A stretch of DNA of 63,276 bases, filler included, from Dimargaris cristalligena (lineage: Eukaryota), in assembly GCA_003614675.1 (NCBI GenBank). It is 10 parts of 10 records of this genome, joined end to end, with 100 filler letters (N's around TTAATTAATTAA, not from the genome) between each part and the next. Parts side by side here need not be neighbours in the genome. Positions count along the whole stretch, not along the records: positions 1 to 6,301 come from ML003538.1; positions 6,402 to 12,688 come from ML003539.1; 8 more parts are not named here. One strand, written 5' to 3'. The notes beneath the pieces are model-generated. The model did no database searches. It had not been told where the DNA came from and saw only the letters and a list, made by a program, of their open reading frames with translations. A program made the translations under genes and the position numbers. This document shows positions 1 to 12,280 of the stretch, in pieces (the stretch's first letter is position 1; each line of letters opens with the position of its first letter).

Positions 1-209
1 CATCCGGTTAGGGGCAGGGGTGCATCACAGTCAAGGGTATAAAATATAATAATAGGAAAAACCATATAATAATGAAAATGGAGGAAAAATAACTATACTC
101 ATCAGGGGCAGGGGCAGGGGATCATTCACTTATCAGGGGCGTACTTCCGATAAGTGTGAAAAATGGATTAAAAATCAAAGTAGGTAAAAAATATGGTAAG
201 TTCACCACA
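1..209 (-). mobile_element. Partial LTR (family C), truncated by contig start, apparently inserted into the Gypsy gag region
   Basis: Ends ...GTAAGTTCACCACA at 209. Clearly homologous to 50912-51087 and, in reverse, to 56943-57001, where TGTGGTGAAC follows a polypurine tract. Confidence 0.75.
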
Positions 210-2395
210 ACCGGACCCATACCAACATGTACCACAAGTGATTCTGCCTAGGGCCTGCTGCAACCACCCCAAAACCTATCCTCACCAAGTTTGTACCAAA
301 GCCTGGGAGTTTCAAACCCAGTGACAAACCCTACCCCAAGACCAATGCCTGCTTTATTTGCAGAAAAGTAGGTCATTTTGCATCAGCATGCCCCCAAAAT
401 AAGAACCCCAAGGTCAATCAAGTATGTATCAAACTAGAAAACACCCTGGCTGAGTCAGAATCCAGCCAAACCCAGGATGAAGCATACCCCTTTCAAGAGT
501 CTGACAATAAAGATATGGCTGTTCATATAGTTGAAGCCCCCAGATTGGTGGACAATACTTCCTCTGAGTGCTGGTCAATGGACAACCCTGAGAGGACCAC
601 CTAGACATGGGGACCTAAATCACAGTTATCCCTAAACAACTAGTACCTGATGATACAAAGGAAGTCCCCCCAGTCAGGACTGGTTACATTACCCTTGGGG
701 ACAAGAGCACACCCAAGTCAATTGTTACATTGAGCTCCAGGTCACAGTAGGGACCCTGGTGCTACCCATTATAGCCACTGTACTTCCCAAAGGAATGCTT
801 CTACTTGGGACCAACTGGGCCAACCTGACCCAACCAGTCATCAACATTAAGCATCACACCATAAACCTGGGGCTACAGAAGACCCCCCTATGGGTCCTCC
901 AGCCCACCATTATTCCCCCCTAAGCCATATTCCCAATTGACATCTGAGCAGATAGGCCCACCCCCACTATGGTATACATTCATGTTGTTGACAACAGCCC
1001 AACATGCACCATTCCCGGGCTAGTACAGTTTGAACACTGCAACACATGGGTCCTAATAGGTAACCCCACTACTGAACTAATTGTTCTCATACTGGAAACC
1101 TGGGTTAGCATGGTTACCTCTGACCCAGACATCAACAATACAGAAGATACACCCCTCAGTGCCAATCTCCTCCTGAGGGAACAAGTTGCCCTCTGTGTGG
1201 TCATCTGAGACCATGGGCTCTTCACAACTAACCCAAAGAAGCCCACAGCCACCCATAGTATGACACATTAGATTGACCTACTGGATAGTACCCTGATCTA
1301 GAGTTGAGCTTACCACACCCTGTGGGCCAAAAAGGTAGAACTCCAGAAGGAGGTTGAGGAGATACTCAAGAATGGAATCATTCAGCCATCTGAGAGTGCC
1401 TGGGCTAGCCTCATTACCCCCATCCTCAAAAAGGATGGGAAAACCTGGTTCTGCATCAACTTCCAGAAGCTGAACAAAGTCACACAGAAGGATGCCTACC
1501 CCCTTTCTAGCATTGAAGAAGCCCTTGACCAACTAGGGATGGCTTCCTACTTCTCTACCCTGGACCTAGCATCTGGATATTGGCAAATTCCTATGGACCC
1601 TGCTGATGATGAGAAAACTGTGTTCACCACTGGGGATGCCCTATACAAATTCACAGTCATGCCATTCGGCCTCTGCAATACTCCCACTACCTTCCAGTGA
1701 CTCATGAATGAGGTACTCCAAAAGCACCTGAACATATGCTGCCTTATCTACCTGGATAATGTAATCATTTTCTCACAGACAGCTGAGGGTCACTGTGAAG
1801 ACCTGCAACTGGTGCTTTATACTCTCCATGAATATAGCTTACAACTCAAACATAGCAAATACCTCTTCAGGGCCTGTCAGGTTCCCTACCTGGGCCACAT
1901 CATTGCATGTGACAGTGTCTGACCTAGTCTATATAAGGTTACTGCTATTAAAAACATACCAGTGCCCACCACCATCAAGGATATATAAAGCTTCCTGGGA
2001 CTTGCCTCATACTACTGCCAATTTATCCAGAATTTTGTGGCACAGTCCACTGCCCTCCAGGGGCTCATTAAGAAGGATACCCCATTCTTGTGGACCACCA
2101 AGGAACAAGCAGCGTTTGACAATCTCTGGAAGTGTCTGTCTGGGAACCCAATCCTGCAGTGCCCTAACTTTACCAAACTATTCATTATGCAAACTGATGC
2201 TTTGAATACTGGTGTGGGCACCATACTTACATAAGAGGAGGAAGGGCATAAACATGTTATTGTATATACCAGTGCAAGGTTAGACCTGGCACAACAAAAC
2301 TACTCTGTCACCAAATGCAAGTGCCTAGTGATCCTATTTGCCCTGAAAAAGTTCCATCTGTACCTGTATGGACAGTATTTCACCATCAAAATGGA

Positions 2396-2763
2396 TGTTA
2401 TGATGGGCTATAAGTAAGACCAGGTACCATAAGATGGATAGGACTTTGAAGGATGAAAAATAGGTTTATTAAACTAGATATCAAAAAGGGAAAACAAAAG
2501 AGGAGTTGCAAGCTAAAGAGTAAGCTGTGGGGGAATGGTTGGGGTTATATTCAAACTCAAGGGGCAGGAGAAGAATGACGACAACTAATAAATACAAATC
2601 AGTAACTAGGTAATATGGGAATAAAACAATGGGAATAAAACACAGTAAGATAATGGGTATGTATTCTGATAATATTAAATATTAATTTTACCCATTTATT
2701 AGTATGGGTTTTATTACTTATATGGATGGTTATTCTTGTAGCTCAAATTAACCAGTCATAACA
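2396..2763. mobile_element. Solo LTR (family D) inserted in the Gypsy RNase H
   Basis: 8-bp inverted termini TGTTATGA...TCATAACA and a perfect 5-bp TSD ATGGA (2391-2395, 2764-2768). RNase H-like sequence resumes after it. Confidence 0.9.
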
Positions 2764-2985
2764 ATGGAATACACACTACTACAGTGGCTCTGCTCCACCA
2801 CCCCATGCTCAGGCTGACTCAAGTACTGGTACCTGACCTTACAAGAATATGACTTCACTATCTGACACTGCCCTGGCTGCATGCATAGTAATGCCAACAG
2901 ATTGTCTTGGCTAGCTACCCCTCAGGTGGTAGACCTCTAGGATGAACTCCTGGTCAATCACATCTGCCCCAGAACCAGCACCCCT

Positions 2986-3396
2986 ATATTTGCCATTCAA
3001 CATTGCCACCTGAAGGCCACCCTACCCACTCAGGCTACCCCTGGTTCTGCGGGTTATGACCTTGCATGCATCACCAAGTTTCACCTCACACTGCACCAAT
3101 GTGCCAAAGTAGCCATGGGCTGGGCCCTCCAAATAGAGCTGCTGATGGTGGCCCTCAGCCAAGGATGCAGTTCCCTGGGCCTACACCACATTATCATCTG
3201 AGGCAGGGTCATCAACACTGACTTCTGAGGTGAGATCCAAGTCCTCATGCACAACCCCACAACTGAAACACTCTACTTGCAGCCTGGGGATTACATCACC
3301 CAGATTATCTTCCAATAATATGAAGCTCTACTCCTACTGGAAACTACCACTCTAAATAAAATGGAATGTGTTTCCTCTGGCTTTGGGTCCACCAAT
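2986..3396 (+). pseudogene. Retrotransposon-encoded trimeric dUTPase domain (decayed)
   Basis: All five motifs are in order in one frame: GSAGYDL (3043-3063), G(C)SSLG, G.VI(N)TDF(*)GEI, PGD(Y)I(T)Q and SGFGST (to 3393). Confidence 0.92.
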
Positions 3397-4663
3397 ACAT
3401 AGCCCATTGTCCTAGTCACCACCATCCCCACAGCCCAGGTGCTCCAGGACCAACTGGCAGACACTGATGTAAAGAACCTGCATGATTAAATAGAAGATTG
3501 GATGCTTCACAAATTCTGTGGAAAAAACCAGATATTTGTGATTAAAGAGCAACTCCTGTACCAACAGGGCCCCAGTGGATAGAACCACCTAGTACTACCC
3601 AAGTCTCACTGGGCTACTGCCATTGATGCTGCCCACAGCGGGCCTGGAGCCAGTCACCTGGGAGCTGAAATAGTCCTACACTGCCTCTGCCAAACCAGCT
3701 ACTGGCCATCCATGGATAAGGACATTAAGGAATATGTCTGTGGCTGAAAAACCTACCAATGCCACCAATAGGCCCCTCAGCCCCCAGACCAGCTTGTCAC
3801 CCCCCCTCACTAGCCCCTTGGACTACCTTAGGATCAACATCATTGGCCCCTTCAATATAACTAAGAATAGCAACAAGTTTGTCATTATGGCCATCAACTA
3901 CTTCACTCATTGGCCTTTCACGTGCACTGTGCCCTACATCACCACTCAAGCCATTATCCAGTTCCTCATTGAAGATATTATCAGTATACATAGTTACCCC
4001 CATATCCTTATCTCCAACCACAGTAAATAATTCACCACTAGTATCTTCTGGAAAACCCTGTGACTCCTAGGGGTAGACCAAATAAATGGCTATCCCCTAC
4101 TGCTCCCAGAGTAATGGAGCCAGGGAACTTCTCAATGGAACCCTCAAATACATAATCACCAAATATTCCCCTGGCAACAACCCCCAATGGGGTTAACACC
4201 TCACCCTCCACCTGTTTGCCTACTGCATGGCCCACATCTGTGTAATCACCAACAAACCCTTCTTCTTGATGTATGGCTGTGATCCACACATGCCTATCAA
4301 TGTTGCCCTGAACCCCAAACCTGATGCTCTGCAAGCCTCCTCTGGCTCTGCCTACATTAATGAGTTATACAACAGGCTCAGTAAAGCCTTCCAATATGTC
4401 CACCACAAACTGGGTCCCAAGCCTACTGACCCTACACAATACCATATTGGTGATCATGTCTTAGTCTGAGTCCCACATGGACCCCTGTCATTACAGGCCC
4501 TGTTCAAAGGACCTATCTCCATAGAAGGTATCTATGGCAGTAACACCTATACCATCACTCCTGTGGTACATGATAAGTACCACCTACAAGAATAAGTCTC
4601 CAGTGACCCGATTATTCCATTCATCAAAGGCCTTGAGGATAAGGCTCCAGTAGGAGAGGGTAA

Positions 4664-5478
4664 TGTTGGCCCTCCTAATCTGACTTAATCTGGACTTAAC
4701 AATCATCCTTCCTTATTAGGCCTTATATTGCCATATTAACCCTCCCATAGTCACCCCCTGGTACTATGGGGTCATCATTTATTAAATAACCCTTCTCCTT
4801 CCAGCCCCAACACTTTACACTAAAATACTTACCCAGCTGATCCAAGACTCTTCTGGTTCCCATGAGAGTCTTCTAGATATGAAGCTATCCAGTTGGACTA
4901 TTTATCTACCTATACCTTAGTTTTAGTAGCATTTCCCTTGGGACTTCCCTCTGGAGCTGTCCCCGCATATATATAACCAGGCCCTACTGGGACTGGTTTA
5001 ATGCCTTAGCTTATTATTTACCCCCTAGTTTACCTTAATAAAACTCTATATATGTATTGAAGAATATATTCCTACGTGTTCTTTATTCTATCCCATTTTT
5101 ACCCAATTATGCTAGTTTACTCTGCTATCATGAGATCATTCATATTAGCCAATTATATTTCACTCTACAGAAATTACAACTCAATAAAACTAACCACCTA
5201 GAGGTACCTACCGTCCTCTAGCTACTTTCTTCCCTTACTTCCAGTTTTATTTCCTTTAAGTCCTTAGTATTCCAACAATATGCTCACCCCCCTTATACTA
5301 ACTAGTAAGTGTGCTTGCTGCACGTCCCTTGCATTTACCTGCACTTGTCCTTTATTGGTTAGTACTATGCCCCCATCCTAATGCTAGCAGCCCACTTGGC
5401 CGAGCCTAAGCCCCACCTACAGTTAGAAGCCTATCCTTGGGACTCTAGATGGACTAAGAGTGGTAAGCCTAGGTAACA
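4664..5478 (+). repeat. 3' LTR of the Gypsy element (family A, ~585 bp excluding the nested insert)
   Basis: Starts TGTTGGCCC directly after the PPT and ends GGTAACA. Homologous to 55994-56575, 59082-59663 and 60182-60765. Confidence 0.92.
5055..5277. mobile_element. 223-bp solo-LTR-like insert (family B) inside LTR A
   Basis: TSD ATATG (5050-5054, 5278-5282). Its reverse complement aligns end to end with 57887-58108. Absent from the other LTR A copies. Confidence 0.9.
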
Positions 5479-6301
5479 GCCTGCACAATAATTTATTAAT
5501 AATTTTGATACATAATAGGGGAGGACCAGTAAACTGGTCATGGAAATATGGCTAAAAGAGAAACTGATTTTAAAAGGGGAAAAAAAGAGAAAAGAGAACC
5601 CGCATGCAGCAAAGGGAGAGTGCAGGTGTGGGGTAAGAGGTGAGGGTGGGAGAACCCCAATGGAAATAGAGAATAGATAAGGGAAAAGAGGGCGGCCTGC
5701 AAGGCCGACCAGCCCTATATTGTTCTATTGTCATTGGCCAATAAAGGCGGGGTCCCCTCTAGAAAGGGGGGACACCGTCTCATTATTGATCTTGCGTGGG
5801 ATAGTCCCCCATTGGTTTGGCATTAAACTAGCTGGAAAAGTGTGTCTATGAATAGTGTGCTGCCGTGGGCAGCTGGTCAGAGGCCACGTAAGCCCTAGTA
5901 CACATTACTAATCCAAGAAGTAGCCATACTTTGGATGAATTCAAGGTCCCCGGACGATTGACGAGTTATTTCCATGGGAGTGGTCCGGGGTCATTAATGT
6001 TATTTTATTTTTTTATGCTAGCTGATTCTCTTTTCCTTCAGCTTTCCAAATCATACTTCCATTTGCCTTTCATTCCATTATTGACAAAGTTATAGGTCGT
6101 CAAAGTCAATGACAATTTTAAAACTATGACAATTGACCACCTCATATTACCACTTTTATGCTATGGACGATCCTTTATGAACAGGGCTTGGGAATAACCA
6201 GCCTCGGGCGGATTCCTTCTTGGAATCATGCTATACAATTTCTTAGCATGAATTCCTTTATTTTATCAATATCCGACATGAAGAAGGACTGGGAAGACTG
6301 T

Positions 6302-6401
6302 NNNNNNNNNNNNNNNNNNNNNNNNNNNNNNNNNNNNNNNNNNNNTTAATTAATTAANNNNNNNNNNNNNNNNNNNNNNNNNNNNNNNNNNNNNNNNNNN
6401 N
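6302..6401. other. Artificial contig linker (N44-TTAATTAATTAA-N44); also at 12689-12788, 19070-19169, 25428-25527, 31765-31864, 38090-38189, 44414-44513, 50712-50811, 57002-57101
   Basis: Nine identical 100-bp spacers with stops in all six frames. Segment lengths fall monotonically from 6301 to 6175 bp. Confidence 0.98.
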
Positions 6402-7435
6402 CTATGATATAGAAGGTGATAAATGGATATAGCTATGATATGACATTGCAATTGATAAACTAAGCTAAATATAGTAAAACGGTAGTAATTTGATTAATGG
6501 ACGTTAGGTACATCATCGGTGACATCACCAAAGTTTAAGGGTGTTCAGTACCTGTCACAACATGGCATTTAAGCCTGCTTGGCGGGTCGGAAACCCCACC
6601 AAGTCACTAACCGACCTGCCGAAGGATACCTCCACCCCAAAAACCTGCTCGACTAAGTACGCCCGTGTATCCGCTAGACTCGCTCTATAATCGGCCGTTG
6701 GGGTAATTTACCCAACCAACGGATGAATATTTCCCCTTCCACTACTTCCTTTTTCACCGACCCGCTCTCGCCTGCGACTTTCCCTACCCGGGTCCGGGCC
6801 GAGATCTCCATTTATTATTTAACCGGAGGTCGATGTTCCCCTCATTTATCATTTCCCGTACTACTCTTTCGGCCCACAGTTGAATTGTCGCATTGGTTTT
6901 TTTCAATTTCTGAAACTTAGTATTCGTTCAATTAAATACTTTTATAGTTTCCCCCGCTAATGACATTCGATCTCTCATGCAGCCTTTATCCTGGTAGGCG
7001 CTATCCGTCGAAACGCCAAGGAGTAAGGGATATCTTTCAGCTAATAACTGACATCGGATGGAGCAGGTTTTAGTACAGATGTCATAATTTAAACAAATAG
7101 ATAGTCACGGGTCTGGAAGAAGGTACTGATGAGGCGAATGTGTCGCTCCCACACCAGTTCCACCACATATACCACATAGACGAACTGATTGATGATTAGA
7201 TTTTATTAGGATATAACAAGTTGGAAGGTCAAGTTGGCCGACGGGTAGGATAGTGAAGTCCAGCGAAGTGAGTATGAGTCGGTGGGGCAATGAATAGCGT
7301 AGCAAGGGTCTGAAAATCGGGGCATGCAGCCTGAAGTCCAGTCCAGACAGTGGCAATAAGGAGCCGTTCGGACGGAGAGAAAGAAGCACTGGGACGTCAA
7401 GGGAACAGGGGCTATGAGGATTCAGCGAGGAGATT

Positions 7436-7627
7436 TTAGCAAGCCATCCACCAGCCATTGCGCCAGCAGGAGCTCCAGCCTGGACCGGTACCGGACCCAT
7501 TGTCGTCAGGGCCACCCGACATTTGGCGCTTGGCCACGCCGATCTCTTGGTGATGGACGGGATGGGCTTGGACAGCCACGAAAGCAACAGCGAGCACGGC
7601 TACGATTGGAATGCGAAGGGAAACCAT
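7436..7627 (-). CDS. Small secreted prepropeptide (63 aa) with Kex2 site and Trp/Cys-rich C-terminus
   Basis: Signal peptide MVSLRIPIVAVLAVAFVAVQA, pro-region ending in KR, TATATAAA about 145 bp upstream, C/T-rich 5' UTR. Confidence 0.85.
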   Translation of the reverse strand: MVSLRIPIVAVLAVAFVAVQAHPVHHQEIGVAKRQMSGGPDDNGSGTGPGWSSCWRNGWWMAC

Positions 7628-7770
7628 GGTGACGGAGAGTTGTGGAGTGGATGAACACGGAGTTTTGGGGCGTGGGGGATGGAGTAGAAGGCGAACTTTG
7701 TTGAGGCAGTAGGAGACGGCAGAATAGTTAATAATTGTGAATGACTTAATATTGTAGGCGGGGGACGGTG

Positions 7771-7779
7771 TTTATATAT
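7771..7779 (-). promoter_or_regulatory. TATA box of the 7436-7627 gene
   Basis: ATATATAAA on the minus strand upstream of the ATG. Confidence 0.6.
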
Positions 7780-10700
7780 GTGTACTTTAGAATATGACAG
7801 TACGATGAGTTCTACTAATTGGCCACCGCTCCACACCGCTACTCGTGAGTCTCAAATTACAACCCTAGGGTGGGGGTGCGTAAATTGGGTTAATACGGGG
7901 TGATTGACCATTGGGGAGCACAATACACGATACAGTCCCTGTCAGGGCCACACACTCCGGCCAATTTGCCCTGTGACAAGTCCCTTTAAAAGTCAATGTT
8001 CTTAGCACTCGCGTAACCTGAAACAGTGCTAGGCATCCCTGACGAACATCTTGAAGAGGGAGGGGGCGGCAATCAACCCAGCGTTAACCCGTTGGCCAGT
8101 TCTACTGCGTGTTCAATGACAGAAAAGGTCACTTGAGCTCACAGTGATGGCGAACATCCCGCCGAAAAGATTCGACGGTTGGCAATCCAGCTACTGAAGG
8201 CCGAATTCGGTTGTGCCAATCCAACGACATAGTAGTGCCACATAGATCAACGAAACCTGGACTGTCCCCTGATAACAACGCATTTCCAGCCCTACTTAGC
8301 CACCTCCCCCTCTTGTGGCGACGCCATGCCCAAGGCAAAACGTCTACGGTTAATGACCATCATTTCGAATCAGTCGTGGCAACTGAAACGGATGGCCGGT
8401 GATGGACCAGATGAGCATATTGGCGACAATAGGCGGCGCCTATAGTTTAGGGGGCCAGCCCTCTCACCAATAGCTACAAATATATGAGCAGCCTGGAGAA
8501 AAAGGAAGTGGATGTGATAGATAATTTCACCCGGGAGGTTATGGAGTAATAATTATCTAAAGTACTGTGGGCAAAACTGGGAGGAGATGAGGCCGTAAGC
8601 TCAATCCACTATTTCTTGAGGCTTTGTTACCTTAATCCCCAGCCAGATGGGCCCTATATTACCTAGTTCCTGGCCTCAGCGGATTACTTACATTGTTGAG
8701 GTACAAACGCACTATAGCCTGGCTGTGCAAATAGGAAGTACATCGAGTAGTTACTTAGAAATGGATACTCGCATGCTATACTACTTTGGATTGGGTTGAC
8801 TGACTTAGTGCATGAAAAATATTACCAAAGTGATTGATGGCTGAATAATTAGTCGCATAAATAGAATTTAAACCAACCATGTACACGGTCTTCAAAAATT
8901 GATCCAGTAGACAGCTAACATCGCAAGTATGATATCGCAACCGACGGAAAGCAGGGACTCCCTAAAGATGCCGTCTAGCGACAACTCTTTGAGTAACTTA
9001 CCCGCCTGGCTGGCGAACACCTCCTGGTGTAGTTTTTGAGACCGACGATATGGGGACTATTTGAATTATACAAATAAACTGGCCCCCATCACCGAATGTT
9101 CACTCTGGAATACCCTAATAGGATGGGAACCCCATAATTTTAAATATATAGGCATATATCAATGTAGCTATCCTTTATATCTAAAACTGTATTCCTGATT
9201 TTCTCGGCCGTCGCTCTTTCCCTATACCCAATACAGAATAGCAGTAAACAACCAAGTGGGTGTGATTGGTTTATTCAAAGAGGACAACCAATATCAGGCC
9301 AGCCAGCTGGAATAAATATTATACTGAAAAGCAAACCTTATTATACCTTATCTATACATCCATGTCCTAAAATGCGTATTCTCACTTCCAAATTTACTGT
9401 TTTAGACCCTCAGATTTACATTCTTCCTATAGCGGTACTAACAATTCCAATGAAAATCGACTTGGCGTAGCTCCACTGTCACTTTGGGATACGGTGGCAT
9501 CCATACCCCTCGCTATTTTTATGTTCCTCAGGAGGTTTGGTGAAACGAAAACGTAGGTGGCCATGGACGTGTCGAAAATCAGTAATCGTCCGAATTTATC
9601 TGACCAATACAAGGATAAGGCCAATCACTAACCCTGTGGCGCTATAACAATTGCAGTGCGATAATACTCACGCCAACACCCATCTTTGAATAATTTAAAG
9701 GCCAATTAAGGGAAAATGGGCGACTCGCGAGCTAAGGTTTCGTGGGAGGAACCCTTCCTTGGTGGACTCAATTAGGAACCCATTTAACCACAAAAATTTG
9801 CGATTTTTATCCGGCCTGTGGAGAACAGGGTTATTTTACAGGTGTATTTTTAAATAGGTTGTTTTATATTCTGTAACTTTATGTAGCACCCAAACTGAGA
9901 AATAAGCTCGGGCAATCTTTGGTTTTAGTTGAAAGCGAATGTTGGCGGATGCTTCTATCCAATCGTCAACTTCTTGGAGGGATTGCCCCACCTTTATGTT
10001 GCTAACATGGAAACTAGGTCCGCGACCACTTCTTTCGTAGGCAGGCTTCGTTTAACATCAGTCGGTCAAGAATGTCATTTCTGAAACGCCTTGTACGCCA
10101 CATCTTCTATAAAACTACGACCCCACACCAATACCTGCACACCATGTATATTTTAAATACCTTGGCATGGTTCCTACGAGATGTTCCTAACAAATAGTCA
10201 ATTGATTAGATAAAAACAGCCTATACCCCTTTTTATGTATTCTAACCCCCCGCCAGCTGGCTAGCCGTCTATTGCCACAGGGTGATCCGTTGATTTCCTC
10301 CCTGACTACTGTCGGGGCACTCCTCCCCCATAGCACTTAATTTGGTAAGTTCCCCAACTTAATCCGACTTTTGAAGATCATAGTATGATCAAAAACGGCT
10401 GACCTCCATCATAGTGAACAACCCAATCCCATTCCACAGTATATGTTTTCATTTTGGAATAGTTCGCTTAAATGTTTATACACTTATACTATGGAGTACG
10501 AGCACCCAGTTTAACCATAGCGCTGTCCAAATTGCACACCGTCCCGTGTTAAAGTACTCCTACACTCCCATCTACGCAATCCCATCCAGCAAAAACAAAA
10601 CAGCCAATTCAACGAACTCCGCAATGGCTGTACCAGGCCACTCTGGGTAGAGTGCACGCAATTATTCCCAAAGAGACATACCTTCACTTCCTGGCTATTG

Positions 10701-11276
10701 GGATGGACAAATCTTAATTTTTTAACTGGGGCCGGCCTATTCAAAAGATAAGCGTGTCTCAGGGTGATGGTTGGTAACACCGGGTGATGTGGGACATGGG
10801 CCATTCTCACAACAGTGCATTAGGGCCCGGAAATTCTGACTTAAATTGTCATGTACCATATAGGTCGATTTGTTATACAACCAGAGGTAGCACAACGGTC
10901 CTGCAGCAATACCCGCTATGGGTGACTCTAAGGACAAAGAGACCCGTCAACACCGGATCCCACCGGGGCGTCTCTTACCAGCCCCGTGGCACTGCGCACT
11001 TATTCCCCACCCCAGGAGATCCCTCTCCCCCTTCATTAAACTAGGTATGGATAAAATATGGGAGAAGTAGCCTGGTCCCCGATAACCACAATGCATTTAA
11101 CCTTAATAAAAGTATACCAGCATCTCCAAGATCATTGGTGTTTTCTCTCCCTTCTTTTCTGCCGCACGGCTCCCCTTGGCCCATTTCTAGAAGCAGCAAA
11201 ATTGGTAGACTAGTGCTGTTAGTTCCTAGTGGATTGGCTTTTTCCTCGTTGGGGGACTACTCTCACAAAGCCCATT

Positions 11277-11420
11277 ATATGGGAGTAGTTCAATAGGGCT
11301 GTATAACAAAAAATCCATTTGATAGGGCAAATACTACTGGTTGAAAATAAACATCCCACCGATTTTCCCATACACATATTGGTTCAAACCTTGTGCAACC
11401 AAGCTGAACTTCACCCATAT
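11277..11420. mobile_element. ~144-bp fold-back (MITE-like) dispersed element, copy 1
   Basis: Imperfect inverted ends ATATGGGAGTAGTTCA...TGAACTTCACCCATAT. Aligns in reverse with 41040-41183, 28030-28173 and 17479-17622. Confidence 0.7.
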
Positions 11421-12280
11421 GCACCAAAATATAATGACAGCGGCAACAGCTCAGTTATTCATGACCAGGGTCGGTGCATGGCCGCGACCTTGGTTATCTT
11501 GATGTTCGGCTGTAGTAGTCTCAGTTGGAGGAGATACCTCGTTAGCAATTGGGGGGCTGTTTTGGTTGCTGTGGTAGAAGTGACAAATACATCGGATAGC
11601 ACCCAATGTTTAGGATCCCCAATTCATTCAGCTGCAGCTAATGGCCCTCAACTTGTTAGACCTTGGTACTGCTCATATTGTCCCTTTGCATGAATTGATT
11701 TTTTTAAATCACAGACTTCCCATCTGATTTTCACATAAACCACCACATGTACATATTACCGAGCTCAAGGCATTATAAGGTGACTACCAATATACAGGCT
11801 TTGCACTGGGCCAAATATTTGGAAATAGCTGGGACGATTACCTCCCACTTGGGTTTAATAAGGTATATATGAAAAAAACATCGTGAAACTAAAGGACGAA
11901 CAAACACAAAGGGGTATACATATAAATATATGTATGTATGATGTAAAATAGAAACATGCAACAATTGAGTGAACTGAGGCAAACGGACCGATATATTAGA
12001 CAAGCTAGAAAAATTGAAAGCGCGATGTAAAGATAGATTTAAGAGGTTGTTGGAGCATCAGTAAGGTATAGGTATTAAAAAGATGAACCACCAATTTTGA
12101 CGAGAAAAAAAATGCTAAATCATGCAGAATCAATATTGAATACAGGCTAGGATAAATTGGATGAAGTGAGGGCGAAAATAAATAAGCCGAGATCAAGAAA
12201 TCAAAAAGAAGTAATAAACATAGGCAAATAGAAATGGGTGAATAATGTAACAGGGCAAGGGTGGGGGGGAGGGGTATGGA

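Larger units (their letters stand above)
210..5478 (+). mobile_element. Degenerate Ty3/Gypsy LTR retrotransposon (gag-PR-RT-RNaseH-dUTPase-IN-PPT-3'LTR); 5' part missing
   Basis: Manual translation gives zinc knuckle CFICRKVGHFASAC (350-391), protease LD(M)G (601-612), RT motifs FSTLDLASGYWQI, MPFGLCN and YLD(N), RNase H TDA..GVG and LQEYDFTI, integrase H..H/YWPSM..DI..YV and IIGPF, and a GPY/F-like tail. PPT AGGAGAGGGTAA at 4652-4663. Many in-frame stops. Confidence 0.95.

Noticed and set aside
969-4469. ORF-track entries in contig 1 as independent genes
   Set aside because: They are fragments or antisense shadows of the decayed Gypsy pol.
5479-5960. Possible additional minus-strand LTR (ends TAGTACA near 5902) with small GC hairpins
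   Set aside because: Only weak similarity to LTR E, and no second terminus or TSD.
6302-6401. Regularly spaced TTAATTAATTAA palindromes within N runs
   Set aside because: Artificial linkers. Adjacency across them has no biological meaning, and ORFs containing X runs are artefacts.
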